From Candidatus Omnitrophota bacterium (lineage in GTDB: Bacteria > Omnitrophota > Gorgyraeia > Zapsychrales > Zapsychraceae), in assembly GCA_015233115.1 (NCBI GenBank), contig JADFYJ010000010.1, forward strand, positions 5,083 to 69,082: a stretch of 64,000 nucleotides of DNA, read 5' to 3'. The position numbers and the translations under genes are program-made. Numbering within the stretch: the first letter of the stretch is position 1; every line of letters begins with the position of its first letter. The notes under the pieces were generated by a model. That model was not told where the DNA came from. It did no database searches and saw only the letters and a list, made by a program, of their open reading frames with translations. This document shows positions 46,806-56,226 of this stretch, one piece after another.

Positions 46806-49064
46806 CTATTTATCAAACTCATAAAAACTTGTTTTTGCTGGTACAGTAATTTTTGGAAAACCAGTCAAATAAATTTCCATCTCTGGTTCTTTGGTAAACC
46901 ATGTCCCCTGCCATTCAACCATAATTTTTTGCCCTACCGGCTTTATCAAAATTTTAATATCTCCAAAACTTGTTGGCGCGGGGCCAAAAATCATATCCGT
47001 TTTGGTGTCGAGCCAGGTTTGCGGGATTCCTGAACATAAAATCAACCGGCCTTGTTCTTCACGGACAAAACAATTTCGAATCATGAGCGCCCATTCAGCG
47101 GCTGCCCAAACGTGCTGTCCATCACCCATACATCCGCCCAAGGTGCGGGGATGAATCGCTTCAGGCCACTGTCCAGTCGAGGTTGCGCCATCCGCAACCG
47201 CTGTCATAAGTTCAAAATACCGAGGATCGCCCGCGCGTAAAAAAGTTTGGGCTAAATGTAAAGTCAAGTAAGGATTAATGCCTGAATGAGTCATATCATG
47301 AAAAAACCCGCCTTTTACTAAACAATTCTCCATTAAAAAATTTGCCGTTCCCAAAACTCGCTGATCATGGGGCTTTAAAAGCCGAAGCGGATAGCTGGCA
47401 GCCAAAGAACCAATGGCCCCTGAATCTAAACGGCGGTATGGCGACGCTGGTATAGACTCATTTTTTATACGGTCTGCTGCTTTTAATAAACTTTTATCAA
47501 TACTGTCCGACAGAGCGTAAGCTTCATTTTCAAAATCCACAGCCTGATTGTGATCATGATACCCTTCACATAAGTATGCCGCAGCCTGCAAACCTGATAC
47601 GGACCAAAAATCATCCCAAAAATAAAAATCGTTCGGTCCTAAATGTTCAGCGCTAAAGCCTGACGGCATTAATCCAGCATGGACAAATTTTAAATCTTTA
47701 GACAACCTTTTTTTGACAATCCACCTTCCTCCTTTATAAATGGACTCTTTCCATTTTGGCGATGGCGCTTCGCCGGTCATTTCGCAATATTGACGCATAA
47801 TCCATAACGCTTCCCCATTCGAATCCCACTCTCCTTCTTGGGAAAGAAAATAGCCTGGGGGCGTTTGTCTAGACCGAAAAGTCTCTAACGCCCTGGCTAC
47901 CCGTCTTTTAAACCCTGTGCACAACAAAGCATATAAAATAAAAGCCGCGTCCCTAAACCAAAATCGTTTATAAATATACGGGCCAGGATAAACCTCATGA
48001 GGGGAATGTAAAATCATGGTTCTAACGGCAGTGTCATAAAGAAATTGAAAATGCTGATCAGGAATTTGCAAAGCACACATTCCACTCAAACTTTGATCCC
48101 AGGCTTCCTCAGCATTTTCCTGGTATTCTGCCACTTTCTCTTTTACAAAAACATTTTTCGTTAAAGGAATTGAAACCGTAACCTCCCGATTCAATTCTGG
48201 TTCAAGTTTAAATAACGCGGCGGCAGTGGCCATACCGACTTTGCAAAATACTCCCGGCTCATCGTCTTGAATTGACAACCGCGTATAAACATCCCCTTGG
48301 TGATAATAAGAAAAAATATTGCGGTCAGGAGGTTGATCAAAATCTATCTGGTCTTTTTCATTGACTTGCCAGCTTGAACGATCAGCCATCACTTTGATAT
48401 TATGGACAAAACTGACACCTTCCGGATTATACGGACGCAAAGAAATGACCAGCCATCCCGCCGACGGCATGGTTCCTGAAATGCGAATTTGACATACCGG
48501 GCATAAAGCCGTTCCCACCATTTGCACTTTATTCTGAAGTTTTAATTGGTCCTGCTGGCATATGGTTATAATACTTAAATTTTTGTCACTCATGAAGTGT
48601 TGCGACACCTCAAGCAAGCGGGAAGGGAGTAAAGGCGTTCCTTTTTCCGGAATGAGCCACGCATCAATCGACCAGCCATCGTATAACGGCGTCACTAGTC
48701 CCCGTCCGTCAACAATGGAATATTCATTGCTGTCCGGAATACCTACTGCTGTCCAGTTGCGATGCGTCAAATTGATTTGGGTTAAAGAAAAAGCCCGGGG
48801 AATGAATGCGTCATTACGCGGATCATACTGACACTCAATCCAATATGGCCAAATCCAATCTAAATTATGTTGAATAGCCAAGCTATTGATCAAGCCCCGG
48901 CTGTGCAACACAACTCCTGAGCGCAACAATTCTGTAGGCGCGGTTACTTCTGATGGTTGCGCAAAATTTTGTAACTGAGCTAAAATTTTAATTGGATCTA
49001 AAAACCCGTGTTTGCGCGCCGCACTGCGAATCAGATATCTCCAAGGAAGCCATTTGAGCCACAT
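46806..49064 (-). CDS. Large (alpha/alpha)6-barrel glycoside-hydrolase-like protein (GDE_C/GH15/GH63-type fold). Assignment is tentative.
   Basis: The C-terminal half shows the periodic W/G/D-rich helix pairs of six-hairpin glycosidases. No unambiguous catalytic signature was identified. Confidence 0.4.
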   Translation of the reverse strand: MWLKWLPWRYLIRSAARKHGFLDPIKILAQLQNFAQPSEVTAPTELLRSGVVLHSRGLINSLAIQHNLDWIWPYWIECQYDPRNDAFIPRAFSLTQINLTHRNWTAVGIPDSNEYSIVDGRGLVTPLYDGWSIDAWLIPEKGTPLLPSRLLEVSQHFMSDKNLSIITICQQDQLKLQNKVQMVGTALCPVCQIRISGTMPSAGWLVISLRPYNPEGVSFVHNIKVMADRSSWQVNEKDQIDFDQPPDRNIFSYYHQGDVYTRLSIQDDEPGVFCKVGMATAAALFKLEPELNREVTVSIPLTKNVFVKEKVAEYQENAEEAWDQSLSGMCALQIPDQHFQFLYDTAVRTMILHSPHEVYPGPYIYKRFWFRDAAFILYALLCTGFKRRVARALETFRSRQTPPGYFLSQEGEWDSNGEALWIMRQYCEMTGEAPSPKWKESIYKGGRWIVKKRLSKDLKFVHAGLMPSGFSAEHLGPNDFYFWDDFWSVSGLQAAAYLCEGYHDHNQAVDFENEAYALSDSIDKSLLKAADRIKNESIPASPYRRLDSGAIGSLAASYPLRLLKPHDQRVLGTANFLMENCLVKGGFFHDMTHSGINPYLTLHLAQTFLRAGDPRYFELMTAVADGATSTGQWPEAIHPRTLGGCMGDGQHVWAAAEWALMIRNCFVREEQGRLILCSGIPQTWLDTKTDMIFGPAPTSFGDIKILIKPVGQKIMVEWQGTWFTKEPEMEIYLTGFPKITVPAKTSFYEFDK

Positions 49065-49083
49065 TTTTTTATCCTTTGAAAGG

Positions 49084-49229
49084 CATGTAGCATGTCGTAT
49101 GTAGTATGTAGTAAAAACGTAAAGTAAAAAAACATAAATATTTCTTTAAAATTTGGTTATCAAGTTTTTGCATTTATTTTACACCAATCGCTTGTTCGCC
49201 ACATGCTACATGCTACATACGACATACTA
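49084..49229. repeat. About 146-bp element bounded by roughly 30-bp imperfect inverted repeats built from CATGTAG/TCGTATG/TAGTATG heptamer units, enclosing an AT-rich core. Candidate miniature inverted-repeat element or structured regulatory region.
   Basis: The left arm is CATGTAGCATGTCGTATGTAGTATGTAGTA (49084-49113). The right arm is ACATGCTACATGCTACATACGACATACTA (49201-49229), which is its approximate reverse complement. Confidence 0.55.
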
Positions 49230-49265
49230 TTTTTTAAACACCAACCATTTAAACCTATTCATCGA

Positions 49266-49991
49266 TTATTCGTAAAGATCAACTTTTATTTTAGTCTTCA
49301 TTTTTTCTTCATCGCCCTTTCTACTTTTCATAGTCAAAAGGTAGTTATGTCCAGCGCCACCCAATAATTTCAAAGGAACCCTTGCCTGATCTTGGCTGAT
49401 CCAAACTTCAAATTTCCTCGGATCACTAACAAAATGATACGCTTTATAAATACCAGCTGGAATTTTGATCTCCTCAATTGACGCAAGCGTAATTTTATAA
49501 GCATCCGGCAAATACGTGTAATACGTCCACCCCAATCCAGGCGCAGAAACAGTCCGCAAATAAAACGGCAAAAGTACGGCACTTTGAATCGCGCCTTTAG
49601 CCTTGAAGTGATACTCCTTGATCACTCTCTCTCCCTTATATTTTTTTATGACTACCGAGCAAGCATCCGCAGAATACTCCTCAATAATATGCTCTTTTAC
49701 AAAAAGAAATTTTATTTGCCGTTCTACTTTGACCGGTAAAAATTTGACAGGATCAGCATAAATTTTTTCGAGATCATCAAACCCAAAAACATGCGTTCTA
49801 AAAGTGATCAATCTCACTGTTTTTCCGTCGAGCTCAGTCAATCCCCAATCGTTATATTCTGCTATTCCCAAACCTGCTATTTTGTAAATAATTTTTTCCA
49901 CCGAATGATCGACGGCGAAACTTTGCTTTGTCCACAAAAAACCAACGGCAAAGATTATAAAAACCACGAAAGTAATAAATAGTTTTCTCAT
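49266..49991 (-). CDS. Secreted hypothetical protein (signal peptide; possible DUF3108-like beta-rich protein).
   Basis: N-terminal signal peptide MRKLFITFVVFIIFAVGFLWTKQSFA. No catalytic motifs. Confidence 0.35.
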   Translation of the reverse strand: MRKLFITFVVFIIFAVGFLWTKQSFAVDHSVEKIIYKIAGLGIAEYNDWGLTELDGKTVRLITFRTHVFGFDDLEKIYADPVKFLPVKVERQIKFLFVKEHIIEEYSADACSVVIKKYKGERVIKEYHFKAKGAIQSAVLLPFYLRTVSAPGLGWTYYTYLPDAYKITLASIEEIKIPAGIYKAYHFVSDPRKFEVWISQDQARVPLKLLGGAGHNYLLTMKSRKGDEEKMKTKIKVDLYE

Positions 49992-49993
49992 GT

Positions 49994-50464
49994 TTATTTT
50001 TTTCGCCCCTCATATTTACTTATCACCCACAATATTAAAAAATAAAACAAAACCCCCGCTAGAATAGCGATAAGCATACTGCCGACGAATAACGGATAAT
50101 ACAAATGAAAAAAAACCTTATAGGAAAAATGCCTGAAAATTTCCCAATTCAAAACGGGATATTGACTTCCCAGGATACCTCTCCCAACGCTATATCCTGC
50201 CCACGTTATAAAAGGAAAAGTCAGAATCGAAGAAAAATTAGTCCCTATTAAAATCGCGATTTTATTCACCGGTTTTATTAAAATGGCCACAATAATAACT
50301 AAAATTGTGTGGAAACCATACAAAGGAAGAATGGAAATAAATACTCCAAGAGCAACACCCAACGCAATTTCTTGGGATGAATTATTTAACTGCAATATCC
50401 ATCGCCATCTCTCTCTTATGGTCTGACCTTTTGTGGTCATAATTCTTTCCCCAAAACATAACAT
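49994..50464 (-). CDS. DUF2062-family membrane protein.
   Basis: ALGVALGVFISILPLYGFHTILVIIVAILIKPVNK matches the DUF2062 conserved core. Confidence 0.55.
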   Translation of the reverse strand: MLCFGERIMTTKGQTIRERWRWILQLNNSSQEIALGVALGVFISILPLYGFHTILVIIVAILIKPVNKIAILIGTNFSSILTFPFITWAGYSVGRGILGSQYPVLNWEIFRHFSYKVFFHLYYPLFVGSMLIAILAGVLFYFLILWVISKYEGRKK

Positions 50465-51153
50465 GTCACTTCCTTCCCCAAATAAACTTTCAAATAGGTC
50501 CGCGGACTTTGATAAATAACCCGAAAACCCATAGACACAAAAAAATCTTTAGCAATCTCGGAAATCGTTCCCATATGCACCGCTTTGACCTGAGCATTTT
50601 TCAAATAGTCCAGATAGGCGACCAGTAATTTTTTCCCCACCCCTTCCCTGCGGTATCCATGCTTCACATTAATATGCAATGTGGCTGGAAATTCTTTCGT
50701 AAAATTCGGCATTACAAACTCACCCTTTAATGCGCCCTGCAAAGACTGAATAAAAAATTTTAAGTTGGCTTTTCTCAAAAAAACACCGCGTTGTAACGCT
50801 TTCATAAAAAGCGGCAGCATAGTTTTACTGCTGATTTGGTTATGGTTATGGAGATCTAGCGAACCAATAATGTAACCGACAACTTTTCCTTTCATATCCG
50901 CCACATAACAGGATTCTGGCTCAAAATCCACATAAGATGACACTAAGGCATCCGCTAAAACTTCATCATCGGTAAAAATATTTCCCCGGGGCAATTCCAA
51001 AAACGCGGTTTCACAGCTAATCCGGCGCACATGCGGACGGTCTTCAATACGATATTTCCGTATCGTAACATGCCGCTTAGCAGACCGGATACTTCGGTCT
51101 TTATGTAAATTTAGTTCTTTTTGAGGGAAAATATCTTGGGGCTGATTAATCAT
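50437..51153 (-). CDS. GNAT-family N-acetyltransferase.
   Basis: Acetyl-CoA binding motif RREGVGKKLL at the expected position. Confidence 0.7.
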   Translation of the reverse strand: MINQPQDIFPQKELNLHKDRSIRSAKRHVTIRKYRIEDRPHVRRISCETAFLELPRGNIFTDDEVLADALVSSYVDFEPESCYVADMKGKVVGYIIGSLDLHNHNQISSKTMLPLFMKALQRGVFLRKANLKFFIQSLQGALKGEFVMPNFTKEFPATLHINVKHGYRREGVGKKLLVAYLDYLKNAQVKAVHMGTISEIAKDFFVSMGFRVIYQSPRTYLKVYLGKEVTCYVLGKEL

Positions 51154-51217
51154 TCTTCTCTCCTTTAGTATTTATACTTTAAATATAAAGGCCGGAAAGA
51201 ACAATGGCACTAAGGTA

Positions 51218-52597
51218 CTATTTTTTCTTTTTTGGCAGATTAACGATTACAGTGGTACCTGCTCCGGGTTCGCTTTGAAATCTGATTGATCCCCCGTGCA
51301 TTTTGATGATCTGGTGACAGACAGTAAGACCCAGACCCGTTCCTTTGACTTTGGTCGTAAAAAAAGGATCGTATATCTTTTCTAAATTCGCTTTGGCTAT
51401 TCCCACCCCGTTATCTTTAATATAAACATTAATAAAATTTTTATCATGCGTCGCCAAAATTTCAACACTGCCTCTCGCATCCGGAACAGCGTCGCAGGCA
51501 TTATTCATGATATTCATAAACATTTCTTTCATCTGCAAAGGGTCCCCATCAATGGAAACATTTTTTACATCTTCTATTTTTTTTTCAACCCATAATGTCT
51601 TTGGGGACATTTCCCGTGCCGTATCAACGCATTCATTCAAAACATTATAAATATATAAATTTTCATGCTGAGGCGGTCTTAGGCGCGAATAAAACAATAA
51701 ATTGTTAATAATCTGATCGCTTTCAATAATTTTTTTTTCGATTGTTTGTAAATGCCGTTCAATTGGAGCATCAACCACTTTCCTTTTAATATTACCCGCC
51801 GCAATACTAATGGCCGCTAAAGGGTTACGCAATTCATGGGCAATCGTTGCTGCCAAAGTTCCTATATCCGAAAGTCGTTTCGACTGTTCCAATTCTACAT
51901 GAATATCCAACAACTCCTGTGACCGCACTTTAATGATCTTTTCCAGGGTTTCGTTATCCCGCTTCAAAACTTCTTCCGCCAGTTTGCGATCAGTAATATC
52001 CCTGCCCACCCCCACTAAACCGACCGGTTTTCCATCTTGATTCATTAACACAACCTTACTGGTTGAAAGAATCCGCATCCGGTTATATTCATCAATGACC
52101 GATTCTTCCATGTCAATTTTTGATTTCCCTAAACGCAATATCTCCTGTTCATCCTTAAAAAATTTCTCCGCCAACTCTTTCGCATAAAAATCAAAATCTG
52201 TTTTTCCTAAAATATCCTCTTGGCTTTTGCAACGCATAATACGGATCGTAGCTAAGTTAGCCATGATAAACTTACTGTTAATATCTTTAAAATAAATATA
52301 ATCCGGAATACTATCAATAAGATCCCGTAACTGCTTGCGTTCATTCCCAAGAATCTCTTCCAGTTTTTTTCGATCAATTATTTCTTGTTCCAGTTTTGCC
52401 GTGCGCTCCTGAACTAAATCTTCCAAATGATTCTGGGTTACCAACAAGGCTTTATGCTCGCGTTTGAATAGGTAGGATAATATAACTAGAGAGAAAAAAA
52501 TAATAATAAAACCTAAGCCTAATATTTCCGGATGGGTGTGGAAAAGGGCATTCATGATATCAAGTTTACACTTTTTGCATTGGCTGTCAAGTAACAC
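51218..52597 (-). CDS. PAS-domain sensor histidine kinase (one TM helix, PAS, HisKA, HATPase_c). A close paralog of the kinase core of the gene at 11813..13318.
   Basis: SDIGTLAATIAHELRNPLAAI...IINNLLFYSRLRPP...GTGLGLTVC is near-identical to the corresponding segments of the 11813..13318 protein. The start is uncertain. Confidence 0.8.
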   Translation of the reverse strand: MLLDSQCKKCKLDIMNALFHTHPEILGLGFIIIFFSLVILSYLFKREHKALLVTQNHLEDLVQERTAKLEQEIIDRKKLEEILGNERKQLRDLIDSIPDYIYFKDINSKFIMANLATIRIMRCKSQEDILGKTDFDFYAKELAEKFFKDEQEILRLGKSKIDMEESVIDEYNRMRILSTSKVVLMNQDGKPVGLVGVGRDITDRKLAEEVLKRDNETLEKIIKVRSQELLDIHVELEQSKRLSDIGTLAATIAHELRNPLAAISIAAGNIKRKVVDAPIERHLQTIEKKIIESDQIINNLLFYSRLRPPQHENLYIYNVLNECVDTAREMSPKTLWVEKKIEDVKNVSIDGDPLQMKEMFMNIMNNACDAVPDARGSVEILATHDKNFINVYIKDNGVGIAKANLEKIYDPFFTTKVKGTGLGLTVCHQIIKMHGGSIRFQSEPGAGTTVIVNLPKKKK

Positions 52598-52634
52598 AAA
52601 AGTAACAGTAACGCGAGCCTAAAACAAATCAAAT

Positions 52635-52688
52635 AAATAGTGACAGGCACCAATTTTTTAATAACAAAATTGGTGCCTGTCACTATTT
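52635..52688 (-). terminator. Long-stem (about 23 bp) perfect hairpin immediately after the hypB stop, followed by a U-rich tract on the minus strand. Probable operon terminator.
   Basis: AAATAGTGACAGGCACCAATTTT-loop-AAAATTGGTGCCTGTCACTATTT, then ATTTATTTGATTTGTTTT on the minus-strand transcript. Confidence 0.6.
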
Positions 52689-53361
52689 ATTTAAAACATT
52701 CCGCAATCTTATGAACTAAAACACAATCTTGGACAAAATCAATCCATGAAGCAAAGCCCTCTCCCGAACAACTATCAACAGTAATGACTTCTCCTTTTTT
52801 ATTCAATTGTTTAAACGCGGCAAGAGCTATCGCTAAATTAAAATTTGTATGCTCAATCAGTTTTAATTTGGTGATAACTAATATCTCTGCTTCTGAAAAA
52901 AGCAAAGGATATTTCTCAACCTTGTCATCTCCTTCTGTGACGCTTAACACCGCGATCTTTCCATCCTCACCAATATCAAATTCTGCGGGACAGACCAGAT
53001 TGCCGATGTTTTCCACAAAAATCAATTCCGGGTTAACATCATTGATCAATTCTTTTAAAGCGGTATTAACCAAATGCGCGTCTAAATGACAGGCGTTACC
53101 CGTATTGATCTGATATGCCGCCACTCCCATTTTTTCAATCCGCGCCGCGTCTTTCGTAGTCGCGATATCTCCTTCGATGACCGCCATTTTAATTGTTTTA
53201 CCTAAAAGCGCGATCGTCTGTTCCAGCAATGTCGTCTTACCTGCGCCGGGAGAACCAATAATATTGAGCATGGTGATGCCGTGTTTTCTTAGCAATAACC
53301 GGTTTTCTTCTGCCCAGGCGTCGTTCGCGCTTAATAATTTATCCATCACATTAATTTTCAT
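52687..53361 (-). CDS. hypB: Hydrogenase nickel-incorporation GTPase HypB.
   Basis: GSPGAGKTT P-loop and the CxxC...C metal site of HypB. Context next to hypA. Confidence 0.9.
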   Translation of the reverse strand: MKINVMDKLLSANDAWAEENRLLLRKHGITMLNIIGSPGAGKTTLLEQTIALLGKTIKMAVIEGDIATTKDAARIEKMGVAAYQINTGNACHLDAHLVNTALKELINDVNPELIFVENIGNLVCPAEFDIGEDGKIAVLSVTEGDDKVEKYPLLFSEAEILVITKLKLIEHTNFNLAIALAAFKQLNKKGEVITVDSCSGEGFASWIDFVQDCVLVHKIAECFK

Positions 53362-53701
53362 CTTCTACCTCCAGTTTATGAATGTAGGGAGCACGCCGAG
53401 CTTCGACCACTGACCGGCACGAATGGCAAATCGGACATAAGCCCTCGATGGAGTCGTGATCGTCGAACTCAAGCGCGCATTGAGAACAAAAATATTTACT
53501 GATAACCCGCCGCACAGAGACTTTCGCCTGATTCAAGCACTGATCCGAAAGATGACTAAGAACAAACTCTAAATTGTCCGCGCTTACTGAATTGTACGGA
53601 CCACAGATGATCTCGATCTCCCTGACCCGGTTAAATCGATGAAAAAGTTTTAATTCCTTAACCTGCTGAACGATTCCTTCTACAAAAGCCAACTCGTGCA
53701 T
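53351..53701 (-). CDS. hypA: Hydrogenase nickel-insertion protein HypA.
   Basis: MHELAFVEGIV N-terminus (Ni site MHE) and the CSQC...CPICHS zinc motif. Confidence 0.85.
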   Translation of the reverse strand: MHELAFVEGIVQQVKELKLFHRFNRVREIEIICGPYNSVSADNLEFVLSHLSDQCLNQAKVSVRRVISKYFCSQCALEFDDHDSIEGLCPICHSCRSVVEARRAPYIHKLEVEDEN

Positions 53702-53711
53702 GATTCCTCCT

Positions 53712-54473
53712 TTACAAATTGAAAACTTTAATTATAATCCCACAAAAAAAGATAACTAACCCCGCGGTCGCATGTGAAAAGACGGCAATACCCTTAGCGT
53801 GTTTCTCAACCTTAAAGGAAACCGCTTTCAATCCAGACAAAGACAAAAAAACCATAACCTGCATAGTGATGACGGTTACCACGCTAAACGCAGCAGCCAC
53901 CATAAACACCGCTTGCCAATTCGATTTTAAAGCAGGATACATAATGAGAGGAATCAACGGTTCACAAGGGCCAAAGAAAAAAATTATAAAGAGGATCCAC
54001 GGAGTCAAACTAGCTTGCCCTGCTTCTGCCTCGTGCATATGCAAATGATCATGATGATGATTGTGAACGTGAAAATGTTCTTTCCCCTGATCATGGACAT
54101 GCTCATGCCCATGCTCTTGGCTCCGGATCCTTTTGATGGCGAACCAAACAAAATAGGTCAAACCGAAAGCAATCAAAAACCACGTTGTGATTTCCCCGCG
54201 GACTGATTCAATGAATTTCAGTCTAACCATGGTTATGCCTGCCGTTATGCCGATAAATCCCAGCATAACGGATGACGCGACATGCCCGATCCCGCAGATC
54301 AGCGTGATGACAAATGTTTTTCTTTTATTCCAATGCCGGGCCTGAGCTAAGGCGGCAAAAGGAATATAATGATCCGGCCCCAAAAGAGTATGCATAAAGC
54401 CTACGGTTAAAGCTGTCAATGTCAAAATTCCCATACCAGGATCCATAGTCTTTTCTCCTATTTTTTTATTCAA
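53712..54473 (-). CDS. Polytopic nickel/cobalt transporter (NicO/HupE-UreJ-like) with a His-rich cytoplasmic loop.
   Basis: GFMHTLLGPDHY motif (HPxxGxDH-like). Central loop HGHEHVHDQGKEHFHVHNHHHDHLHMH. Embedded between tatC and hypA. Confidence 0.6.
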   Translation of the reverse strand: MNKKIGEKTMDPGMGILTLTALTVGFMHTLLGPDHYIPFAALAQARHWNKRKTFVITLICGIGHVASSVMLGFIGITAGITMVRLKFIESVRGEITTWFLIAFGLTYFVWFAIKRIRSQEHGHEHVHDQGKEHFHVHNHHHDHLHMHEAEAGQASLTPWILFIIFFFGPCEPLIPLIMYPALKSNWQAVFMVAAAFSVVTVITMQVMVFLSLSGLKAVSFKVEKHAKGIAVFSHATAGLVIFFCGIIIKVFNL

Positions 54474-55215
54474 CTAACGGTTCTTGCCCGATCATTCTTT
54501 GGGCCCGTTGATAAATCACCTGAGAAACAATGATCGATACAACATATAAAAACAAAAGAGGCACCGCCATACAAAATTGACTAAAAATATCTGGACTGGG
54601 AGTCAATACACCCGCGGCAATAAAAATAAGCACCACGGCATACCGCCATTTATTCACCAAGACTGCTGGGGTGATCAGCCCGATCTGTGTCAAAAAAGCC
54701 ATAACAATAGGGAGTTGAAACACCGCCCCAAACGCGAGACACATTGACGCCACAAAAGAAACATACGAACTGATCGTAAGGGTTGGCGTCATAAAATCAT
54801 GACCAAATGAAAGCAGAAATTTAATCCCTGCCGTGATCACAAAAGTAAAACCAAAATATACGCCGGTAACAAACAACAGGAAAGATGCCGGCATGATGAT
54901 ATAAACATACTTGCGCTCACGCGGCGCCAACCCCGCCGCGATGAACTGCCATATCTCAAAGATGACATAAGGGGAAGACAAAAATAATCCAGCCCAAAAT
55001 GCCACTTTTAAGTAAGTCATAAAAGCTTCTGATGGATCAATGAATATCAAATGACCGACTGGCTTAGCAATGACCCGCAAAATATTATCCGTGTACATAT
55101 ACGCGCCTACAGTCATGACCAAAACCACCAAGCTGGCCCGAATCACCCTTTGTCTGAGTTCATCGATATGTTCCAGAATCGAAAGGTGCCGGTTGTTTAT
55201 TTTCATATATTTCAC
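54466..55215 (-). CDS. tatC: Twin-arginine translocase subunit TatC.
   Basis: Six TM helices with conserved TatC motifs (HLxELRxR-like N-terminus, PSPDIFSQ). Confidence 0.9.
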   Translation of the reverse strand: MKYMKINNRHLSILEHIDELRQRVIRASLVVLVMTVGAYMYTDNILRVIAKPVGHLIFIDPSEAFMTYLKVAFWAGLFLSSPYVIFEIWQFIAAGLAPRERKYVYIIMPASFLLFVTGVYFGFTFVITAGIKFLLSFGHDFMTPTLTISSYVSFVASMCLAFGAVFQLPIVMAFLTQIGLITPAVLVNKWRYAVVLIFIAAGVLTPSPDIFSQFCMAVPLLFLYVVSIIVSQVIYQRAQRMIGQEPLVE

Positions 55216-55225
55216 CCTGCCGTTC

Positions 55226-55456
55226 TTATGAACTTTTTTTAGAATTCAATTCCAACGTTTTACCATTTGTATCGACGGGTTTAGTATCCATAGTCATTTC
55301 CGCGTCAATGGTTTCCTTGATTTCACTAGTCGCTTTTTTAAATTCCCGCATGGACTTCCCCAGTGTGCGCGCCAATTCCGGTAAATTTTTTGAACCAAAC
55401 AACAGTAAAATAATAAACAAAATTACCATTAATTCACCCATGCCTAATCCAAACAT
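55226..55456 (-). CDS. tatA: Twin-arginine translocase TatA/E-family protein (copy 1).
   Basis: MFGLGMGELMVILFIILLLFG...F-K amphipathic helix. GGAGG RBS. Confidence 0.85.
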   Translation of the reverse strand: MFGLGMGELMVILFIILLLFGSKNLPELARTLGKSMREFKKATSEIKETIDAEMTMDTKPVDTNGKTLELNSKKSS

Positions 55457-55526
55457 ACAGCCTCCTTTTTAAAGTAAAAAGTTAAAATTAAAAAGTGAAA
55501 GTAAAGCAAAACCAAAAACGTAAAAA

Positions 55527-55694
55527 TTATTTTTTTGATTCGGCCAGATTCTTTTCTTCTGTATCCCGGCCTGCTTTTTTGAATTCTCTGATGGACTCTC
55601 CTAACGACCGGGCTAAATCCGGAAGCCGGCGCGCGCCAAACAACACCAAAATAATCATCAAAATCACTAGTAATTCGCCCATACCTAAATTCAT
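55527..55694 (-). CDS. tatA: Twin-arginine translocase TatA/B-family protein (copy 2). The start is MNLGMGELL at 55694, with a GGAGG RBS.
   Basis: [37 protein letters not shown]. The track ORF begins upstream at 55730, but the RBS supports 55694. Confidence 0.8.
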   Translation of the reverse strand: MNLGMGELLVILMIILVLFGARRLPDLARSLGESIREFKKAGRDTEEKNLAESKK

Positions 55695-55744
55695 AAAACC
55701 TCCATTTTTTAAAAACCACCCAGGGTCCACCGCGTCAGTGGACT

Positions 55745-56194
55745 TTAAGCCGCCGACGCGGTGATTAACTCTATTACTATTTCAACAACCTTTGGAACCA
55801 TCACCGCGACTTCGGGGGTTAGGTCCAATGACCACTCAATTCGATAAGGTTCAATTCCGATTACTGTAACCGGCAACTCTGTCGTTCGACCGGTCAAAGC
55901 TAATACGTGTTGCAAATTAAACCCATGCAAAGAACCCATAAACTCTTTCTCTGCACACTCATCGAGAGAAAAAGAATATATAGTGCCAGGCTTAGCTCCC
56001 CCTTTACAAGCATCTATGACAATCATTTGGTCTGCCTCTTCAATCTGCGGCAACACATCAAGGACCGCCGTGCCTGCATCCACAATGCAGACATTTTCGT
56101 CCTGGAGGAGTTCTGCGAGGACATGCGCCGCATGAACACCAACCCCTTCATCAGCTAATAAAAGATTACCTAAGCCCAGCACTAAAGTTTTCAC
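55745..56194 (-). CDS. [NiFe] hydrogenase maturation endopeptidase (HyaD/HybD/HoxM family).
   Basis: [18 protein letters not shown] motif and size. Confidence 0.85.
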   Translation of the reverse strand: MKTLVLGLGNLLLADEGVGVHAAHVLAELLQDENVCIVDAGTAVLDVLPQIEEADQMIVIDACKGGAKPGTIYSFSLDECAEKEFMGSLHGFNLQHVLALTGRTTELPVTVIGIEPYRIEWSLDLTPEVAVMVPKVVEIVIELITASAA

Positions 56195-56226
56195 TCTTTT
56201 CGCCTTTCAAAACTATTGCTTCAGGT

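Noticed and set aside
41540-49064. The glucan locus as a mobile genomic island.
   Set aside because: No integrase, transposase, tRNA target or direct-repeat boundaries were seen. The 49084-49229 inverted-repeat element is too small and non-coding to justify calling a mobile island without additional copies.
55444-55730. 91-aa minus-strand ORF (55444..55719) overlapping both TatA genes in another frame.
   Set aside because: The two TatA frames have RBSs and canonical TatA sequences. This ORF is a frame-shifted read-through of the same DNA.
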